Shown piece by piece: positions 49,616 to 60,869 of a stretch of 64,000 nt of DNA (position 1 is its first letter; each line of letters starts with the position of its first letter). The translations under genes and the position numbers were made by a program. The notes beneath the pieces were generated by a model, which was not told the DNA's origin, did no database searches, and was given only the letters and a program-made list of their open reading frames with translations. The stretch comes from Mobula hypostoma (taxonomy: Eukaryota). Location: positions 132,992,001 through 133,056,000 of the forward strand of contig NC_086097.1 of the NCBI RefSeq assembly GCF_963921235.1, written 5' to 3'.

Positions 49616-50952
49616 ATTCCAATAAATCTCTTCTGCATCCCCTCTAAATCTTTTGTATGGTTCTTAAAGTGCAGATCCCAGAAGTGGATGCAATATTCAA
49701 ATGTTTTATAAATATTTGGATGACTTTTTTTTGTATTCTACTTATGAAGCCCTGGATCCTGTATATCTTAACCATTTTAACCATAAGCAGACCTGCCATT
49801 GAATAGCCAACCAGAACCACTCGTACACCTGTTGCATTAATGAAGCTTGTCAAATGGGATCCTGGTGTGACCTGGAAACTTCTCTTCTCAATGATAGAGG
49901 TCTTCATTGTCCATTTTGGTATTTCCTGTAACCTTCCTTGCACACTCTATCTTTCCCCCTCTGAATCTATCATTTAAATTCTAACTGCTCCCAGTCCTCA
50001 GATCAGCTGCTTTTTCTGGCAATTGGGTTTCCCTCCTCTTTCATTCAATCACTTCTACTGGCCTGGTTGACTCCTCTTTCCTGACATAATTTTGTGCTAA
50101 ACAGGAATGAATAATTGAGATATGTGACATCTAACAGTCACAACCACTTTGATTCTGAGCAGTAAGACCTCAGTCAGTAGAGATCATTTCCATTAACCTA
50201 AAACTCATTGGTATCAGGATTGGTCAACACTGCCCCAGTCTAAAATCAACTTTAAAGTAAATTTGAAATTAAATCATAATGAACAAGTTGCTGGGGAGTA
50301 ATTACAGTTTGGGTGAATAGATAGATAAGCAATGAAATTTAATATGAATTAACTAGAGCTAATCCGCTTTCAAAAACAAACAAGGATGCAAACACATAAT
50401 CTCTTGAAAGCATGAGACCAAGTGAATCATAGAAGGTTTGATAGGTTTGAACTTTATAATTCAAACAAAACAATAAAATTCTTCAGCATTTCTGTTGAAC
50501 TGTTATACTTTATTGGAAGTGCAACAAGAATTATTAGCGATTTCTATGCTTTTTCTGTGGGCTATCTATAAGAGTTAGGCAAGGAACTCTGGTAAATCCT
50601 TACATTACACACTACCGGAGTTATAAAGTACTGATAAATTACCGGTAAGTTAACAAATTTCATGACACATGACGGTGATAAAAAACCTGATTCTGATTCT
50701 AAATGTCGATTAAAACAAAAGATTCCATATATCCTTGTAACATTGAAGGAGGCCAGTTCTGCCCATCAGGCCGATGCAGCTTGATAGAACAATGCCAGAT
50801 TCTGCTCATTTCCTCTGGAACCTATTCCCCCCACATTCCCATTAACTCCCATCACACCGAGCTATTCACAACCGCTTGAGGAGCACTTTGCTGTGGCTAA
50901 TTAATCGCCCGACATGTACAGCTTTTGAATGTGGAGGGAAACCATAGCATCA

Positions 50953-51047
50953 CTACTACTACTACTACGTCGACTCAGGCCTAGGGGGCCGGCGTCGGGC
51001 ACGATGACGGACTCTCCACTTCTCCCTCTCCCTCATCAGTGTGTTCA
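50953..51047 (-). mobile_element. CpG-rich ~95-bp 3' end of an RTE-like LINE with (TAG)n tail
   Basis: Minus strand reads LMREREKWRVRHRARRRPPRPEST* followed by tagtagtagtagtag. Confidence 0.5.
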
Positions 51048-51064
51048 AGTTCAAGATAAAGCCC

Positions 51065-51625
51065 AAAAGATCATGTGGAAGGTTTTCTGACAGGTTGCAT
51101 CAGGGTCCGGTTTGATAATTCGAATATACAGGAATGTGAGAAGCTGCAGAGAGGAATGGACTCTGCTAAGTACCTTAAGCCCCCCCCCCCCCACTGTGGT
51201 ATCTACATGAGGCACTGCCTCAGGAAGGCAAATTCATCATCAAAGATTCCCACCATTTGGGCCATGCCACCTTCTTGCATGTATCAGCAGGCAGAAGGCA
51301 TTGAAGCCCAAGGTCCCACTCCACCAGGTTCAAGAACAGCTACTACCCTTCAACCATTCAGTTCTTGAACTAACCTGCATGACCCTAGTCACTATCTCAG
51401 TATACCAACATCATAATATTTTGATCACTTTGCAAGCAGACATTTTTTGTTTTGATAGTTTTTTTGATGTAAAAATTGAGTATAATATATCTCTGTTTTA
51501 TTTTTCATGTGAATGTTGTTTATGTGAAGTTACATGCACGTGATGCTGTTGCAAGTAAGTTTTTCATTGCACCTGTGCATGCATGTACTTGTGTATATGA
51601 CAATAAACTTAAATTTGACTTTGAC
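51065..51625 (+). mobile_element. Rex1-like LINE 3' fragment
   Basis: FLTGCIRVRF..YMRHCLRKA; caataaacttaaatttgactttga tail. Confidence 0.65.
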
Positions 51626-53329
51626 CGGAAATCAGGATTGAAGTCACCACACTCGAGCTGGGAACCAGCAACTCGGCTGGTTACATCACTGTGCATTTGA
51701 GGCAATGTGAGGTGACCATTCTTTATATCAATGTAAGCATTTAGTCAGAAAGATGACCTTGAAATGGAAATTAAAGCTACGAGAAAACACTCAAACCACT
51801 GGAAGTATTTCTGCTGGAATAGGGATTGTTAAGTTTATTATTGTCTAGTTCTTTGTATAGTTGAGTGGACAGAAATATTTCAAAAGTAAAATGTTGCACA
51901 TGTTGGAATCTGAAATAAATCAGCAAATAGTCAGCAGGTCAGACATTTACATTCAAACTTCGGATCTAAGGCATGAATCCCAAATTTTGTTTCAATTGTT
52001 TTCTTTTTGTGAATGTTGCTTAAATGATGTTAGGTGCTTGTGATACTGTTGCAGGTAAGCTTTTCATTGCTTGCCTGTCCCACTGAGCGCCTCCAACTTG
52101 GGTTGTTTTAGGAAAGAGAAAAGGAAAGGGTCAGCAACGCAGTGCAGTACTCTCAGAATCGACCTCTTATGGATCCAATATCAAGCTGGGGATCTGTCTG
52201 CCCTCAAAAATGGATGTAAAAGAGCCCATGACACCAACTAGAAGAAAAGGAGGAGAATTTCCTCTGGCAACCTGAGAAGCCTTAAACAATTTCATTGAAA
52301 CCTAGTACTGATTGCTGTTTGAGGAATCTTGCTATGTGCAAATTACTTGCCATCTTTACAAAAGTGACAACACTTCAAATGCTCCCTGTTATTTCAAAAC
52401 AAGCTGACATTAAAGTGTGTGGCATGGAAACTGGCCCTTGAATCCTGCAAATCCATGCTAACTATCAAGCACCAGTTTATGCCAATTATGCTAATTCCCC
52501 CATTGATCCCACTTTATTGTCACACATCGTACTTACATGCCCCGCCCCAGAGTTTTCTTATAGATACTTGCTGGTGATGAGGAAATTGTCAATTTTGAGA
52601 TTTAATCTCTCAAAAAGATTCCAAGAGGGAAGTCGCTAAGAAGTCATTTTCTTCAAGCTGGGAAGCCCAGAATGAGAGGGCAGTCTCAGGGTGAGGCGTC
52701 AGTCATTTGGCATTAAAATGAGGAGAAATTTCCAGAGAGAAATAAATTTACAACTTATCGACACTAAAAGAGATCTTTTATGTAGAGCTTGTTGGGCTAT
52801 CCAATGTGTTGCCAAAGTGATCTCTGGGGAAGAGTGTACTGCATTGTAAATAAAAGTCAGGTAGAAAGATTCCCGGGATTAGGAAAAAATAGGTTAATGG
52901 AGTTTATCGGTTTGCTTTAATAAGCTCTTTGGACTTTTACTCATTTAGTTTCCATGGTGCTTTGTCTAAATGAGTCACTTTGTGGGGATAAGAAAAATGT
53001 TATCATTAAAAGGTTACATGGTGATGCATCTTTCTCAAGGCTGACAATTCTTTACACCCACCTTCCTAGATAAACCATGAGTCCAATGTACTTACTTATG
53101 AGTGAATAAACTACAGTGGGGAGAAAAATAACACACAAAAATGATGACAGCTTTAAGCTCCTTAAAAAGTAGTTTGTTGTTTAGAAATGAGCCCCATTGT
53201 TCACATGGTTTAGGGATTTGATTATCTAAGCTGAGAACTTTCTTTAGAAGTTATTCTGCGTCTGCATGGATGCACTGGCAAGGTACATTGGGGAGCTCGT
53301 CCGTCAGAATGATTGGCACTGCATAGACA

Positions 53330-54035
53330 AACTAGAATTTGAGAAACAGAAGCAGGATAGGGTGTGTTTTACTAGTCTATCCTGTTTTACCAGGATAGGA
53401 CAGATGGTAAAAAAATAAAGATAGCATGTAGTCAGACTGTCAGGAAGGGCAGGCAGCTGACGAGACTTAGTTGCAGCCAACAGGCTGAGTAGGTGGATGA
53501 TCTTGTTGCAATATTTCAGATTGCCAGGTAAGATGTTGTAGCCATCACTGAATCATGGCTGAAGGATGGTTGTAGTTGGCTGTAGTTGTTATATCGGAGG
53601 GATAGGCAGGTAGGCAAAGGGGGTGGCAGGGGCTGTTGGTAAAGAATGGCATCAAATCAATAGAAAGATGTGACACAGGATAGGAAGATGTTGAATCCTT
53701 GTGGGTTGAGTTAAGAAACTGCAAGGAGAAAAGGACGTTGATGGCAGTTATATACCGCCCTCTCAACAGTGGCTGGGAGGTGGACCACAGGTTACAACAG
53801 GAAATAGAAAAGGTGAGTCAAAAGGGCAATGTTATGCTAGTCAAGGGAGATATTAACATGTAGGTCAATTGGGAAAATCAGGTTCGTGATGGGTCTCAAG
53901 CGAATGAGTTTGTTGAATATCTAATAGATTGCTTTTTAGAGCAGTTTGTCGTTAAGCCACGAGGAGATCCGTTATACTAGATTGAGTGTTACGTAATGAA
54001 CCGGAGGTGATTAGGGAGTTTAAGGTAAAAGAACT
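53330..54035 (+). mobile_element. Older degenerate CR1, 5' part (APE region), interrupted by the young CR1
   Basis: Decayed ITESW, WVELRNCKG and VIYRP motifs; near-collinear with 10608-10935. 5' boundary approximate. Confidence 0.8.
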
Positions 54036-54293
54036 ATTTTTTTTTTCTCCAACGGCTTTCTGAGAGGCGGGACTGCGCAGGCGTGTGACGTCGGGCAGTG
54101 CAGCGCGGCAGATTTAAAAGGGCAGACATCCTGCTTCGGATTTGATTCGAAGAAGGAGTCTGAGAGTCTGAGTGGGAGTGCCGAAAAAGAGATTTTTGAA
54201 ATTTTCGTTATTTTTTTTCTCCAACGGCTTTCTGAGAGGCGGGACTGCGCAGGCGTGTGACGTCGGGCAGTGCAGCGCGGCAGATTTAAAAGG
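54036..54293 (+). promoter_or_regulatory. Tandemly duplicated internal promoter-like module in the CR1 5'UTR
   Basis: Identical ~75-bp blocks at 54047-54121 and 54219-54293, each preceded by a T tract. Each holds GGCGGG, TGCGCAGGCG, TGACGTC and TTTAAAA motifs. Confidence 0.65.
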
Positions 54294-54455
54294 AACAGAG
54301 CCTCATAGAGCGGGCAGCGTAGTTTGCGGGCTGCGGAGTGAGCCGGGAGCAGAGTGAAGACTTAAGGGCTTCGGCTCACCGGGCTTAGGCGGAAGCGGGC
54401 GAGGGGAGGAAGGTTTGACATTCATTTTCTGTTGCTATTTGAGGAGAGGGGCATT

Positions 54456-55391
54456 ATGACTGTGAGGGCAGTTTGCTGTTCTCGGTGTCGGATGTGGGAG
54501 GCCCTGGAGTCTCCAAGCCTCCCGGACGTCTACATCTGCGCCAAGTGCATCGAGATGCAGCTCCTAAGGGACCGCGTTACGGAACTGGAGCTGCAGCTCG
54601 ATGACCTTCGTCTGGTCAGGGAGAGTGAGGAGGTGATAGAGAGGAGTGGAAGGCAGGTGGTCACGCCGGGGCCACGGGAGGCAGACAAGTGGGTCACGGT
54701 TAGGAGGGGGAAGGGGAAAAGGAAGGTGATGGGGAGTACCCCGGCGGCTGTGCCCCTTAACAACAGGTACTCCTGTTTGAGTACTGTTGGGGGGGACAGC
54801 TTACCCGGGGGAAGCGACAGTGGCCCTGCCTCCGGCACAGAGTCTGGCCCTGTAGCTCAGAAGGGTAGGGCAAGGAAGAGGAGGGCAGTTGTGATAGGGG
54901 ACTCGATAGTAAGGGGGTCAGATAGGCGATTCTGTGGACGCAGTCCAGAGACTCGGATGGTAGTTTGCCTCCCTGGTGCCAGGGTCCGGGATATTTCTGA
55001 TCGTGTCCAAGATATCCTGAAGTGGGAGGGTGAAGAGCCAGAGGTCCTGGTACATATAGGTACCAATGACATAGGTAGGAAAAGGGATGAGGTCCTGAAA
55101 GAAGAATATAGGGAGCTAGGAAGGGAGTTGAGAAAAAGGACCGCAAAGGTAGCAATCTCGGGATTACTGCCTGTGCCACGCGACAGTGAGAGTAGGAATG
55201 CGATGAGGTGGAGGATAAATGCGTGGCTGAGGGATTGGAGCAGGGGGCAGGGATTCAAGTTTTTGGATCATTGGGACCTCTTTTGGCGCAGGTGTGACCT
55301 GTACAAAAAGGACGGGTTACACTTAAATCCTCGGGGGACCAATATCCTGGCAGGGAGATTAGCGGGGGCTACTGAGGTGACTTTAAACTAG
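54456..55391 (+). CDS. CR1 ORF1p: zinc finger / leucine zipper plus SGNH (GDSL-like) esterase
   Basis: ATG at 54456. CSRC...CAKC zinc motif, heptad LRDRVTELELQLDDL, and SGNH blocks VIGDS, LPGA, GTND and DGLHLN, the known CR1 ORF1 architecture. Confidence 0.9.
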   Translation: MTVRAVCCSRCRMWEALESPSLPDVYICAKCIEMQLLRDRVTELELQLDDLRLVRESEEVIERSGRQVVTPGPREADKWVTVRRGKGKRKVMGSTPAAVPLNNRYSCLSTVGGDSLPGGSDSGPASGTESGPVAQKGRARKRRAVVIGDSIVRGSDRRFCGRSPETRMVVCLPGARVRDISDRVQDILKWEGEEPEVLVHIGTNDIGRKRDEVLKEEYRELGRELRKRTAKVAISGLLPVPRDSESRNAMRWRINAWLRDWSRGQGFKFLDHWDLFWRRCDLYKKDGLHLNPRGTNILAGRLAGATEVTLN

Positions 55392-58300
55392 AATGGTTGG
55401 GGGGTGGGAATCAAATTAAAGCGGCTAGGTGTGAGGAGGTTAGTTCACAACAGAGGGATGGGAACCAGTGCAGAGAGACAGAGGGGTGTAAAGTGAGCGT
55501 AGAAGCAAAAAGTACAAAGGGGAAAAGTAAAAGTGGCAGGCCGACAAATCCAGGGCAAGCATTAAAAAGGGCTAAGAGAGTTGTAAAAGAGTGCCTGAAG
55601 GCTTTATGTGTCAATGCAAGGAGCATTCGTAATAAGGTGGATGAATTGAAAGTGCAGATTGTTATTAATGATTATGATATAGTTGGGATCACAGAGACAT
55701 GGCTCCAGGGTGACCAGGGATGGGAGCTCAACGTTCAGGGATATTCAATATTCAGGAGGGATAGACACGAAGGAAGGGGAGGTGGGGTGGCGTTGCTGGT
55801 TAAAAAAGAGATTAACGCAATAGAAAGGAAGGACATAAGCCGGGAAGATGTGGAATCGATATGGGTAGAGCTGCGTAACACTAAGGGGCAGAAGACGCTG
55901 GTGGGAGTTGTGTACAGGCCACCTAACAGTAGTAGTGAGGTCGGAGATGGTATTAAACAGGAAATTAGAAATGTGTGCAATAAAGGAACAGCAGTTATAA
56001 TGGGTGACTTCAATCTACATGTAGACTGGGTGAACCAAATTGGTAAAGGTGCTGAGGAAGAGGATTTCTTGGAATGTATGCGGGATGGTTTTTTGAACCA
56101 ACATGTCGAGGAACCGACTAGAGAGCAGGCTATTCTGGACTGGGTTTTGAGCAATGAGGAAGGGTTAATTAGCGATCTTGTCGTGAGAGGCCCCTTGGGT
56201 AAGAGTGACCATAATATGGTGGAATTCTTCATTAACATGGAGAGTGACGTAGTTAATTCAGAAACAAAGGTTCTGAACTTAAAGAGGGGTAACTTTGAAG
56301 GTATGAGACATGAATTAGCTAAGATAGACTGGCAAATGACACTTCAAGGATTGACGGTGGATATGCAATGGCAGGCATTTAAAGGTTGCATGGATGAACT
56401 ACAACAATTGTTCATCCCAGTTTGGCAAAAGAATAAATCAAGGAAGGTAGTGCACCCGTGGCTGACAAGAGAAATTAGGGATAGTATCAATTCCAAAGAA
56501 GTAGCATACAAATTAGCCAGAGAAAGTGGCTCACCTGAGGACTGGGAGAAATTCAGAGTTCAGCAGAGGAGGACAAAGGGCTTAATTAGGAAGGGGAAAA
56601 AAGATTATGAGAGAAAACTGGCAGAGAACATAAAAACGGACTGTAAAAGCTTTTATAGATATGTAAAAAGGAAAAGACTGATAAAGACAAATGTAGGTCC
56701 CCTGCAAACAGAAACAGGTGAATTGATTATGGGGAGCAAGGACATGGCAGACCAATTGAATAATTACTTTGGTTCTGTCTTCACTAAGGAGGACATAAAT
56801 AATCTTCCAGAAATAGTAAGGGACAGAGGGTCCAGTGAGATGGAGGAACTGAGCGAAATACATGTTAGTAGGGAAGTGGTGTTAGGTAAATTGAAGGGAT
56901 TGAAGGCAGATAAATCCCCAGGGCCAGATGGTCTGCATCCCAGAGTGCTTAAGGAAGTGGCCCAAGAAATAGTGGATGCATTAGTGATAATTTTTCAAAA
57001 CTCGTTAGATTCTGGACTAGTTCCTGAGGATTGGAGGGTGGCTAATGTAACCCCACTTTTTAAAAAAGGAGGGAGAGAGAAACCGGGGAATTATAGGCCG
57101 GTTAGCCTAACGTCGGTGGTGGGGAAACTGCTGGAGTCAGTTATCAAGGATGTGATAACAGCACATTTGGAAAGCGGTGAAATGATCGGACAAAGTCAGC
57201 ATGGATTTGTGAAAGGAAAATCATGTCTGACGAATCTCATAGAATTTTTTGAGGATGTAACTAGTAGAGTGGATAGGGGAGAACCAGTGGATGTGGTATA
57301 TTTGGATTTTCAAAAGGCTTTTGACAAGGTCCCACATAGGAGATTAGTGTGCAAACTTAAAGCACACGGTATTGGGGGTAAGGTATTGGTGTGGGTGGAG
57401 AATTGGTTAGCAGACAGGAAGCAAAGAGTGGGAATAAACGGGACCTTTTCAGAATGGCAGGCGGTGACTAGTGGGGTACCGCAAGGCTCAGTGCTGGGAC
57501 CCCAGTTGTTTACAATATATATTAATGACCTGGAAGAGGGAATTAAATGCAGCATCTCCAAGTTTGCGGATGACACGAAGCTGGGTGGCAGTGTTAGCAG
57601 TGAGGAGGATGCTAAGAGGATGCAGGGTGACTTGGATAGGTTGGGTGAGTGGGCAAACTCATGGCAGATGCAATTTAATGTGGATAAATGTGAAGTTATC
57701 CACTTTGGTGGCAAAAATAGGAAAACAGATTATTATCTGAATGGTGGCCGATTAGGAAAAGGGGAGGTGCAACGAGACCTGGGTGTCATTATACACCAGT
57801 CATTGAAAGTGGGCATGCAGGTACAGCAGGCGGTGAAAAAGGCGAACGGTATGCTGGCATTTATAGCGAGAGGATTCGAGTACAGGAGCAGGGAGGTACT
57901 ACTGCAGTTGTACAAGGCCTTGGTGAGACCACACCTGGAGTATTGTGTGCAGTTTTGGTCCCCTAATCTGAGGAAAGACATCTTTGCCATAGAGGGAGTA
58001 CAAAGAAGGTTCACCAGATTGATTCCTGGGATGGCAGGTCTTTCATATGAAGAAAGACTGGATGAACTGGGCTTGTACTCGTTGGAATTTAGAAGATTGA
58101 GGGGGGATCTGATTGAAACGTATAAGATCCTAAAGGGATTGGACAGGCTAGATGCAGGAAGATTGTTCCCGATGTTGGGGAGGTCTAGAACGAGGGGTCA
58201 CAGTTTGAGGATAGAGGGGAAGCCTTTTAGGACCGAGGTTAGGAAAAACTTCTTCACACAGAGAGTGGTGAATCTGTGGAATTCTCTGCCACAGCAAACT

Positions 58301-58396
58301 GTTGAGGCCAGTTCATTAGCTATGTTTAAAAAGAAGTTAGATATGGCCCTTGTGGCTACAGGGGTCAGGGGGTATGGAGGGAAGGCTGGGTTCTGA
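55388..58396 (+). CDS. CR1 ORF2p: APE endonuclease + reverse transcriptase (no N-terminal AUG)
   Basis: About 1000 open codons. APE motifs NARS, ITETW, GVVYRPP, MGDFN, SDH; RT motifs YRPVSLTS, YLDFQKAFDKV, GVPQGSVLGP, FADD, DLGV. Frame is open from 55376; the start shown assumes entry by -1 frameshift. Confidence 0.92.
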   Translation, partial: LEWLGGGNQIKAARCEEVSSQQRDGNQCRETEGCKVSVEAKSTKGKSKSGRPTNPGQALKRAKRVVKECLKALCVNARSIRNKVDELKVQIVINDYDIVGITETWLQGDQGWELNVQGYSIFRRDRHEGRGGGVALLVKKEINAIERKDISREDVESIWVELRNTKGQKTLVGVVYRPPNSSSEVGDGIKQEIRNVCNKGTAVIMGDFNLHVDWVNQIGKGAEEEDFLECMRDGFLNQHVEEPTREQAILDWVLSNEEGLISDLVVRGPLGKSDHNMVEFFINMESDVVNSETKVLNLKRGNFEGMRHELAKIDWQMTLQGLTVDMQWQAFKGCMDELQQLFIPVWQKNKSRKVVHPWLTREIRDSINSKEVAYKLARESGSPEDWEKFRVQQRRTKGLIRKGKKDYERKLAENIKTDCKSFYRYVKRKRLIKTNVGPLQTETGELIMGSKDMADQLNNYFGSVFTKEDINNLPEIVRDRGSSEMEELSEIHVSREVVLGKLKGLKADKSPGPDGLHPRVLKEVAQEIVDALVIIFQNSLDSGLVPEDWRVANVTPLFKKGGREKPGNYRPVSLTSVVGKLLESVIKDVITAHLESGEMIGQSQHGFVKGKSCLTNLIEFFEDVTSRVDRGEPVDVVYLDFQKAFDKVPHRRLVCKLKAHGIGGKVLVWVENWLADRKQRVGINGTFSEWQAVTSGVPQGSVLGPQLFTIYINDLEEGIKCSISKFADDTKLGGSVSSEEDAKRMQGDLDRLGEWANSWQMQFNVDKCEVIHFGGKNRKTDYYLNGGRLGKGEVQRDLGVIIHQSLKVGMQVQQAVKKANGMLAFIARGFEYRSREVLLQLYKALVRPHLEYCVQFWSPNLRKDIFAIEGVQRRFTRLIPGMAGLSYEERLDELGLYSLEFRRLRGDLIETYKILKGLDRLDAGRLFPMLGRSRTRGHSLRIEGKPFRTEVRKNFFTQRVVNLWNSLPQQTVEASSLAMFKKKLDMALVATGVRGYGGKAGF

Positions 58397-58492
58397 GTTG
58401 GATGATCAGCCATGATCATAATAAATGGCGGTGCAGGCTCGAAGGGCCGAATGGCCTACTCCTGCACCTATTTTCTATGTTTCTATGTTTCT

Positions 58493-60745
58493 AACTCTTG
58501 AAACCAATGATCACGATATGATTTAATTCAACTTGAAATTGGACAGGGAGAAAGTGAAGTCTGATGTAGCAGTATTTCAGTGGAGTAAGGAAAACTACGG
58601 TGGTATGAGAGAGGAGTTGGCCAAAGTAAATTGGAAGGAGCTGCTGGCAGGGATGCTAGCAGAGCAGCAATGGTGTGCATTTGTGGGAAAAATGAGGAAG
58701 GTTCTGGACACATGTATTCCAAAAATGAAGAAATTCTCAAATGGTAAAACAGTACAGCCCTAGCTGACAAGGGAAGTCAAAGCTATTGTAAAAGAAAAAG
58801 AAAGGGCATACAACAAAGAAAAATTAGAGGGAAGATAGAGGATTTGGAATTTTAAAAAATCATTAGAAGGGAAAAGATGAAATATGAAAGCAAGTGAGCA
58901 AATAATATCAAAGTGGATAGTTAAAGCTTTTTCAAGTATGTAAAAAATAAAAGAGAAATGAGAGTAGATATAGGACCATTAGAAAGTGAGGCAGGAGAAA
59001 TAATAACGGGGGGCAAGGAGATGGCTGATGAGTATTTTGTACCATTCTTCACTGTGGAAGACACTAGCAGTATGCCTGATGTTGTAGTGTGTGAAGGAAG
59101 AGAAGTGGGTGCAGTTACTATTACAAGAGAGAAGGTGCTCAAAAAGCTGAAAGACCTAAAGATACATAAGTCACCCAGACCAGATGAATTGCAACCTAGG
59201 GTTCTGAAAGAGGTAGTGTTAGAGATTGTGGTGGCATTAGAAATGATCTTTCAGAAATCATTGGACTCTGGAATGGTGCCAGAGGACTGGAAAATTGCAA
59301 GTGTCACTCCACTCTTTAAGAAAGGAGGAACGCAGCAGAAAGAAAATTTTAGAGCAGTTAGCCTGACCTCAGTGGTTGGGAAGATGTTAAGGATGAGGTA
59401 ATGAAGTATTTGGTGACACAGGACAAGACAGTATAAAGTCAGCATGGTTTCCTTCAGGGAAAATCCTGCCTGATGAACCTGTTGGAATTCTTTGAGGAGA
59501 TTACAGGTAGGATAGATAAAGAGGATGCAGTGGATGTTGTATATTTGGACTTTCAGAAGGCCTTTTGACAAGGTGCCACACATGAAGTTGCTTACCAAGT
59601 TAAGAGCCCGTGGTATTACAGGAAAGTTACTAACATGGTTAGAACATTGGCTGATTGGTAAGAGGCAGAGAGTGGAAATAAAAGGATCCTTTTCTGGTTG
59701 GCTGCCAGTGACTAGTGGTGTTCCGCAGGGGTCGGTGTTGGGACCACTTCTTTTTATGCTGTATATAAATGATTTAGATGATGGAATAGGTGGCTTTGTT
59801 GCCAAGTTTGAAGATGATACAAAGATTGGTGGAGGGGCAGGTAATGTTGAGGAAACAGGTAGGATGCAGAAGGACTTAGACAGATTGGGGGAATGAGCAA
59901 GAAAGTGGCAAGTGAAATACAATGTTGGAAAATGCATGGTCATGCACTTTGGTCGTAGAAATAAATGTGCGGACTATTTTTTAAATGGGGAGAAAATCCA
60001 GGAATCTGAGATGCAGAGGTACTTGGGAGTCCTTGTGCAGAACACTCTAAAGGTTAACTTACAGGTCGAGTCATTGGTGAGGAAGGCAAATGCCATGTTA
60101 GCATTCATTTCAAGAGGTCTAGAATACAAGAGCAAGGATGTGATGCTGAGGCTTTATAAAGCACTGGTGAGGCCTCACCTTGAGTATTGTGAACAGTTTT
60201 GGGACCCTCATCTTAGAAAAGATGTGCTGACATTGGAGAGGGTCCAGAAGAGGTTCACAAGGATGATTCCAGGAATGAAAGAGTTAACATATGAGGAACA
60301 TTTGATGGCTCTAGATCTGTACTCACTGGAATTCAGAAGGATGGGGGTGGGGGAGGTCTCATTGAAACCTTTCGAATGCTGAAAGGCCTGGATGGAGTAA
60401 ATGTGGAAAGGATGTTTCCCATGGTGGGAGAGTCTAAGACAAGAGGGCACAGCCTCAGGATAGAGGGGCACCCTTTCAAAACAGAGAGGTGGAGAAATTT
60501 CTTTAGCCAGAGGGTGGTGAATTTGTGGAATTTGTTGCCAGATGCAGCTGTGGAGGCCAGGTTGCTGGGTGTATTTAAGGCAGAAATTGATAGGTTCTTG
60601 ATTGGACATGGCATCAAAGGTTACGGGCAGAAGGCCGGGAACTGGGGTTGAGGAGGAGAAGGAAAAAAGTATTAGCCATGACTGAATAGCGGAGCAGACT
60701 CGATGGGCCATATGGCGTAATTCTACTCCTATGTCTTATGGTCTA
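58493..60745 (+). mobile_element. Older degenerate CR1, 3' part (RT and 3' tail)
   Basis: Frameshifted RT ORFs 58958-60651 (GVPQGSVLGP, FEDD, RPHLEYC); ends in tgtcttatggtct tail. Confidence 0.9.
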
Positions 60746-60869
60746 TAACATCATAGACTATAACACTATAGTCTATAATATCAGTGCAAGTCCCCTTTGC
60801 TTCCCAGGCTCTACGTACCTTGATTCGCCTTATGTTCAACAACCTTTCCATCTCAACCATGAATATTTA

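Larger units (their letters stand above)
54036..58492 (+). mobile_element. Full-length, apparently intact CR1-clade LINE
   Basis: CpG-rich 5'UTR, uninterrupted ORF1 and ORF2, and a 3' tail of (TTTCTATG)n at ~58472-58492. Flanked by AACT at 54032-54035 and 58493-58496. Removing it rejoins an older CR1 (aaggtaaaagAACTcttgaaaccaatgatcac; compare 10924-10956). Confidence 0.95.

Noticed and set aside
54432..54455. ORF-track start of ORF1 at a TTG
   Set aside because: The ATG at 54456 is homologous to the ATG at 45289 in the other copy and is the more plausible start.
55393..55419. AUG just after the ORF1 stop as a reinitiation codon for ORF2
   Set aside because: It is in a different frame from ORF2, terminates after 8 codons, and is absent in the 28.6-kb copy.
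55411..58419. Antisense ORFs over CR1 ORF2
   Set aside because: Short shadow ORFs typical of the reverse strand of RT coding sequence, with no independent evidence.
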